From Dehalococcoidia bacterium (GTDB taxonomy: Bacteria; Chloroflexota; Dehalococcoidia; GIF9; UBA5629), in NCBI GenBank assembly GCA_050011565.1, contig JBEKIW010000002.1:64001-128000 (forward strand): DNA of 64,000 nt, written 5' to 3'. Position 1 is the first letter of the stretch. The number at the start of each line of letters is the position of its first letter. Position numbers and translations under genes: made by a program. This document shows, piece by piece, positions 58,982-64,000 of the stretch. The notes below the pieces were generated by a model. That model saw nothing but the letters and a program-made list of their open reading frames with translations. It was not told the DNA's origin and ran no database searches.

Positions 58982-59539
58982 CTACTGCCTCAACCTTTTG
59001 GACAAAGCAACCAAAGCCTCGAGCAATTGCTTTATTATGTTCCTGGCCGTTTCGTCGGTCAGCTTTCCCTGCTCGTCAATCTTCTGACCGGCGAAGTTTA
59101 CAAAAACCTCAGGTCTGTTTACCGGATACATATCGAGGAAAACGAAAATTTGCCTGAGGTGATATTGAGCTCTGGCACCGCCCAACATGCCCGTTGAGGC
59201 GCTCATTATGGCAGCCGGCTTGCCCTCAAAGGAATTATCCCCGTGGGGTCGTGACGCCCAATCGATAGCGTTCTTGAGAACTCCCGGAACGGAATAGTTA
59301 TGTTCCGGCGTGGCTATCAATATGGCGTTAGCGGCTCTTATCTTGGCCTTGAATTCTTTAACTTTTTCCGGCACGCGGCTTTCCAGTTCCTGGTTAAAGG
59401 GTGGAATTCCTTCGAGGTCGAAGATTTCAAGCTTTGCTTCCTTCGGCAATAGCTCTGCGGCGGCTCGTAGCAAAGCCTTATTGTAAGAGCCCTTTCGCAG
59501 ACTGCCGGCAAAACCCAGAATAAGTAGCTGTTTTTCCAT
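58982..59539 (-). CDS. NADPH-dependent FMN reductase (ChrR-like)
   Basis: GSLRKGSYN, TPEHNYSVPGVLKNAIDW, GGARAQ. Confidence 0.93.
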   Translation of the reverse strand: MEKQLLILGFAGSLRKGSYNKALLRAAAELLPKEAKLEIFDLEGIPPFNQELESRVPEKVKEFKAKIRAANAILIATPEHNYSVPGVLKNAIDWASRPHGDNSFEGKPAAIMSASTGMLGGARAQYHLRQIFVFLDMYPVNRPEVFVNFAGQKIDEQGKLTDETARNIIKQLLEALVALSKRLRQ

Positions 59540-59601
59540 GTCACCCTCCCCTTATACTTCTGTGTTCGTCACACGTGTCACAGCAAGCTCCACTAATTAT
59601 C

Positions 59602-59630
59602 ACTTTAGGCAGCGCCAATGCTTTTGTCAA
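59602..59630 (-). promoter_or_regulatory. Sigma70-type promoter of the FMN reductase gene
   Basis: Minus strand TTGACA (59630-59625) - 17 nt - TAAAGT (59607-59602). Confidence 0.6.
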
Positions 59631-59763
59631 GAACCTGGCACTCGTGCTGCGAACCAAACTATCTCAATTTTACATTTATTTAATTTTATGTCAGAAGGAT
59701 TTTATGACTTCTTTATATTCTGCTTCATACAATATATAAGAACAAGACTGAGGAGATGAGACT

Positions 59764-60846
59764 ATGAAGAAATTTCTTCCGTTGCTGCTAATATCGCTAT
59801 TTCTTATTATCGGTCCAAGTTGCGTCTCGCTACTGCCTGCCATTGTTACCTTTGAGGCCAATCCGGCTGTTATAACCGCCGGCCAATCGGCAACCCTAGT
59901 TTGGAACGCGTCGGGCACTAGTTCGGTTTCTATCGACCAGGGCCTGGGTGCAGTGCCGGCTGCCTCCAGTCAAATTGTGTTCCCTACTGTCACAACTGTT
60001 TATACCCTGACAGCGAGCAATCTCGCCGGCGCCACGTCAAAATCAATAGTTATCAGCGTTAACCCAGCACCCATTGTTATAAACATCGACGTTAATCCGG
60101 CGGTCATTAATTCCGGCGTTTCAGCAGCTTTGATATGGAGTGTATCGAATGCCAACTCCGTTTCTATCGACCAAGGCATAGGAAGCGTACCTCTAACCGG
60201 GAATAAACTGGTATCACCGACAGATACCACTACGTATACTCTTACAGCCAGTGGTCCTGCCGGTACGGTAACCAAATCAGTCGTTCTCAGTGTTAATGCG
60301 CCTATCGTTGCCGTCTTTAACGTTGATCCAAACATAATCGCTGTGGGTCAGTTGTCGAATCTGCACTGGGATGTAACGGGGGCAAGCTCCGTTACTATAG
60401 ACCAGGGCATAGGCGATGTTCAACCAGTCGGCTCAAAAATAGTATATCCCTACTACAGTACAACATATACTCTGACCGCAAGCAGCAGTTGTTGCAGCGT
60501 CAGCAAGGCGGTGGTGCTTACTGTTGGTAACTATTATCCATATCAACTGCCTTACGGCTATCCTTACGGATTCCCTCCCAACTATCCCTACAGGTATGGC
60601 TATCCTTATATGCACGGTCCTTTCATTGATATTCTTAACATCGGCCCCAGCACCATACCTGCTGGCAATACGGCAATCTTATCCTGGCATGTCACTGGCG
60701 CTAATACAGTTGTAATTACCGGCTTAGGCACGGTACCATCCAGCGGCTCAGCCCCGGTATCACCTGCCAGCACTACTACTTATACTTTAACTGCTATCAA
60801 CGACTTCACCACCACAACCGGTAGTGTTACGGTTACGGTTTACTAA
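59764..60846 (+). CDS. Exported protein (possible lipoprotein) with four ~80-aa Ig/PKD-like repeats
   Basis: Signal peptide with GPSC; repeats P..I..G..A.L.W...A.SV.IDQG.G.V...G...V.P..TT.YTLTA; Tyr/Pro-rich insert. Confidence 0.82.
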   Translation: MKKFLPLLLISLFLIIGPSCVSLLPAIVTFEANPAVITAGQSATLVWNASGTSSVSIDQGLGAVPAASSQIVFPTVTTVYTLTASNLAGATSKSIVISVNPAPIVINIDVNPAVINSGVSAALIWSVSNANSVSIDQGIGSVPLTGNKLVSPTDTTTYTLTASGPAGTVTKSVVLSVNAPIVAVFNVDPNIIAVGQLSNLHWDVTGASSVTIDQGIGDVQPVGSKIVYPYYSTTYTLTASSSCCSVSKAVVLTVGNYYPYQLPYGYPYGFPPNYPYRYGYPYMHGPFIDILNIGPSTIPAGNTAILSWHVTGANTVVITGLGTVPSSGSAPVSPASTTTYTLTAINDFTTTTGSVTVTVY

Positions 60847-60887
60847 TTAGGACGGAATAATAGCCATGTTGGTATAACTCGACAGCT

Positions 60888-60951
60888 GAACAAGGGCTTC
60901 TTAAGTATCTCGGACTGACCAGTCAGGTGAGAATAAAGAAGCCCTTTGTTC
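60888..60951. other. Long imperfect hairpin (terminator or structured RNA)
   Basis: GAACAAGGGCTTCTT pairs with AAGAAGCCCTTTGTTC (one bulge); inner CTGAC/GTCAG; followed by TTTT. Confidence 0.55.
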
Positions 60952-61141
60952 TTTTACTTCTATCCGAGTTTTAGTGTTGTCCATATGGAAATTCCAGAGT
61001 CTCCTTGTCTCACCCCCGGCACGGGAAAACTATCTCCTCTTGTGAACTTTATATTGAGGATGGTAGACTTTGTTATCGGCATATCTAGAAAAACTGCCTG
61101 CCCTGATATCATAACGAGTCGAACTTAGAAGGTGAACAAAC

Positions 61142-62023
61142 ATGTATAAAAAAATATTGGTCCCATTGGATGGCTCCAACGCTGCTGAAATTGTTATACC
61201 ATACGTTGAGGAGTTGGCAGCTAAACTGAGTGCCGAGATTATTATACTAAGTGTTTACGAGTCGCCTGACGATAAGAGCCATCTCCACGGCTATTATCTG
61301 GAGCGCATTGTGGACCAGATACAGCGCCAAATAAAGCAGTTCGAGCCTATAAGGGAGATAAAGGTACACAGCGAGGTTCTTCGGGGTAAACCGGCTCAAC
61401 AATTGCTTCAATATGCCGACAAAATGAATATTAGTCTTATAGCTATGTCAAGTTACGGTTCATCCGGCCGTGAGGCAAAGCTTCTGGGGAATATAGCTAC
61501 CAAAGTCCTTTGGTCGACGAACCGGCCGGTTCTGCTGATCAGGACGCCGGCCAAGGAAAATGCCATCCAACAAAAAAGATTAGTGAAAAAGATTCTGGTG
61601 CCCTTGGATGGCTCTAAAACGGGAGAAACAATAATTGAATGTGCTGAGGTATTAGCCGGAGCACTGGGCGCAGAACTGGTATTGTTCCAGGTCCTGGAAC
61701 GGCTAAGAATCGTGGCCGGCTTTGAAACCGTTGCCCCCTATTCAATCCCAGAGGGTGAAGAAAGTATAAAGGCTTCAGCCAGAGCTTATCTAAATGGGGT
61801 AGAGGAACCACTAAAGAAAAAAGGCATTAAAACTTCAACGGAGATAGTCTGGGGCTCTGCGGCGGAGCGAATCATCGAATATGCAGAGGCAAATAGCGAC
61901 CTGGTAACTATCTCATCTCATGGACGATCGGGAGTCGGTAGGTGGGTACTTGGCAGTGTTACTGAGAAGGTCTTACAAGTTGGAGATAAACCTGTTCTGG
62001 TAGCACGGCCAGTTAAGTCATGA
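61142..62023 (+). CDS. Universal stress protein (tandem UspA domains)
   Basis: Two KILVPLDGS starts; SHGRSGVGRWVLGSVTEKVL. Confidence 0.93.
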   Translation: MYKKILVPLDGSNAAEIVIPYVEELAAKLSAEIIILSVYESPDDKSHLHGYYLERIVDQIQRQIKQFEPIREIKVHSEVLRGKPAQQLLQYADKMNISLIAMSSYGSSGREAKLLGNIATKVLWSTNRPVLLIRTPAKENAIQQKRLVKKILVPLDGSKTGETIIECAEVLAGALGAELVLFQVLERLRIVAGFETVAPYSIPEGEESIKASARAYLNGVEEPLKKKGIKTSTEIVWGSAAERIIEYAEANSDLVTISSHGRSGVGRWVLGSVTEKVLQVGDKPVLVARPVKS

Positions 62024-62180
62024 TTGTTCGCCAGTTACAATTAGTCTTATACAAAATCTAACATGTAAATAATGCTTAAAATACATAGAAGTAGCTTTCC
62101 CTTTACAGACTCAGAGTTGGCGGAATTCATTTTTGTGAATTAAGTTAAGTAAATTTCGCCGAAAAGAGAATTTAAGAAAC

Positions 62181-63830
62181 ATGAATCCCAATACCGAACC
62201 GCAACAGGTTATCGGCCTGCGTTCTCTACCTCGACGACAGGTGATGGTGACGCTGGCTGGCGTGCTGATGGCTATATTCTTGAGCTCATTAGACCAGACC
62301 ATCGTTAGTACTGCCATGCCGCAAATTATAGCCGACCTCGGCGGATTTGCTCATTACACCTGGCTAGCCACAGCTTATTTGGTCACGTCGACTGTCGTTT
62401 TGCCAATCACCGGCAAGCTGACCGACATGTACGGTCGCAAGCACTTTTATACCGCAGGAATTACGCTTTTTATTCTGGGCTCCCTACTTTGCGGACTCAG
62501 CCAGACTTTAACACAGATTATTATCTTCCGGGGGCTGCAGGGTATCGGTGCCGGCATAATGATGGCCAACGCCTTCACTGTCATCGGCGATCTTTTCCCA
62601 CCGGCTGAACGCGGCAAATATCAGGGTTTTGTAAGCGCCGTTTTCGGCGTATCGGCTGTTATTGGGCCGTCGCTGGGCGGATTCATAACGGATACCTTTT
62701 CCTGGCACTGGATTTTTTATATAAATATCCCTCTAGGCATCGTTGTTATTACACTGTTCGCCTTCTTTTTCCCGAATTTTCGTCTTGACAAATTAAAACA
62801 TCGAATTGACTGGGCGGGCATAGCGGCCCTTGTAGTTGCCGTAATACCACTGCTGCTGGCTCTGTCCTGGGGCGGGACCGAGTATCCCTGGGTTTCAGTT
62901 CCAGTGATTTCCCTGTTCGCCTTATCAGTAGCCGGAATCATAATCTTCCCCATCATAGAACGCAGAAGCGAGGAGCCAATAGTACCACTTGAAATTTTCA
63001 GAAACCCTATTGTGGCAGTATCGACTCCTATTATCTTTCTTACCGGCTTCACTATGTTCGGCAGTATCATAATTATCCCACTATTCTTTCAGGGTGTGCT
63101 GGGATTGTCGGCGACTGAGAGCGGCAGTTTTTTGACGCCAATGGTGCTTGGCCAGGTATTTGGCAGTTTTAGCTCCGGACAGGTGTTGGCCCGCACGGGC
63201 GGGCATTATCGAATTCAAGGCGCTGCCGGGCTGGCACTGATGGTCGCCGGTCTGGCGCTTCTTACTCGAATAAATCCGGAAACAAGCTACGCAATTGCTG
63301 CGGTGGATATAGTCCTGGTAGGATTCGGGCTGGGTATTACCCTGCCTCTTTATACTATCGCTATACAGAATGCGGTTTCCTACAATATACTAGGTGCTGC
63401 TACCTCCGCTGTTCCTTTTTTCCGGTCAATGGGCGGTGCCGTAGGTTTAGCCATACTCGGTTCTGTAATGACCAATCGCTTCACCTCGGATTTTATTGCC
63501 AGGCTTCCGGCAACGATTAAAACGCTAATTCCGCCTCAAGCGTTATCTCTAATGGCTCACAATCCCGAAGTATTAGTCAGCCCGCAGGCACAGGACCAAC
63601 TAAAAACCCTGTTTAGCCAGGCAGGGCCGCAGGGAGCAGCTCTTTATCAACAAACACTCGGGATATTGCGCCAGGCCCTCAATGCCGGCCTGGTCGAAGT
63701 CTTTCTTATAGCACTTGTCATCACAGTTGTCGCCTTTGTCATAAGCTTTTTCCTCAAAGAGATTCCACTTCGTAAGCAACATGTACTTGCCGACGAGGAG
63801 AGCACAACCGATAAGCAAGTAGACAACTAG
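62181..63830 (+). CDS. DHA2 (EmrB/QacA-type) MFS efflux transporter
   Basis: LDQTIVSTAMP, GKLTDMYGRK, RGLQGIGAG, GP.LGG, WHWIFYIN.P. Confidence 0.94.
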   Translation: MNPNTEPQQVIGLRSLPRRQVMVTLAGVLMAIFLSSLDQTIVSTAMPQIIADLGGFAHYTWLATAYLVTSTVVLPITGKLTDMYGRKHFYTAGITLFILGSLLCGLSQTLTQIIIFRGLQGIGAGIMMANAFTVIGDLFPPAERGKYQGFVSAVFGVSAVIGPSLGGFITDTFSWHWIFYINIPLGIVVITLFAFFFPNFRLDKLKHRIDWAGIAALVVAVIPLLLALSWGGTEYPWVSVPVISLFALSVAGIIIFPIIERRSEEPIVPLEIFRNPIVAVSTPIIFLTGFTMFGSIIIIPLFFQGVLGLSATESGSFLTPMVLGQVFGSFSSGQVLARTGGHYRIQGAAGLALMVAGLALLTRINPETSYAIAAVDIVLVGFGLGITLPLYTIAIQNAVSYNILGAATSAVPFFRSMGGAVGLAILGSVMTNRFTSDFIARLPATIKTLIPPQALSLMAHNPEVLVSPQAQDQLKTLFSQAGPQGAALYQQTLGILRQALNAGLVEVFLIALVITVVAFVISFFLKEIPLRKQHVLADEESTTDKQVDN

Positions 63831-63987
63831 AATTACCTCCGCCTCGGGAAATTGTGATTCTATCTAAATTTTATGAATCTTTAATTATTCCGCCATAATT
63901 TTAATGACTTTTTTACATCCCAAGGACTACAATCTTGCAGAGTGCCTGTCTATTTAAGTCTTTATAAAAAATAAAAGGGAGTAGAAA

Positions 63988-64000
63988 ATGAGAATTAAAG
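63988..64000 (+). CDS. Probable start of a gene cut by the window edge
   Basis: AAGGGAG RBS followed by ATG AGA ATT AAA. Confidence 0.4.

Overview
A gene-dense bacterial chromosome segment of roughly 50% GC. Gene content and protein style suggest an anaerobic Chloroflexota (Dehalococcoidia-like) organism; this is inference only. Housekeeping and metabolic blocks: tldD-tldE-PAC2-HEAT-GNAT, speD-speE, greA-lysS-serS, tRNA-Ser(TGA), sucCD-pabBAC-enoate reductase, cobA/hemD-hemB-hemL, MFS-queH, an acyl-CoA/aldehyde catabolic group (ACAD, FAH, 3-hydroxyacyl-CoA dehydrogenase, AOR-MoaD, family III CoA-transferase), ispH-plsC, fur-feoA-feoB, Usp and MFS genes. Main points of interest: (1) an nrpR-hisF-'FMN-binding glutamate synthase family' operon behind a perfect TTGACA-N17-TATAAT promoter, with a near-consensus archaeal NrpR operator on the predicted start site; (2) three tandem zinc-ribbon genes, two of them membrane-spanning Zn-ribbon/FN3/TlpA-thioredoxin fusions, near an orphan secreted 18-Cys protein; (3) an AT-rich PD-(D/E)xK-like orphan; (4) a likely island remnant (Xis-like HTH, truncated ParA, CheB-CheR fusion with a 27-bp repeat expansion, 6-PAS hybrid kinase); (5) several families of small palindromic repeats, including a triply nested insertion; (6) a terminator in the greA leader. 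No rRNA, CRISPR array, integrase or transposase was seen.
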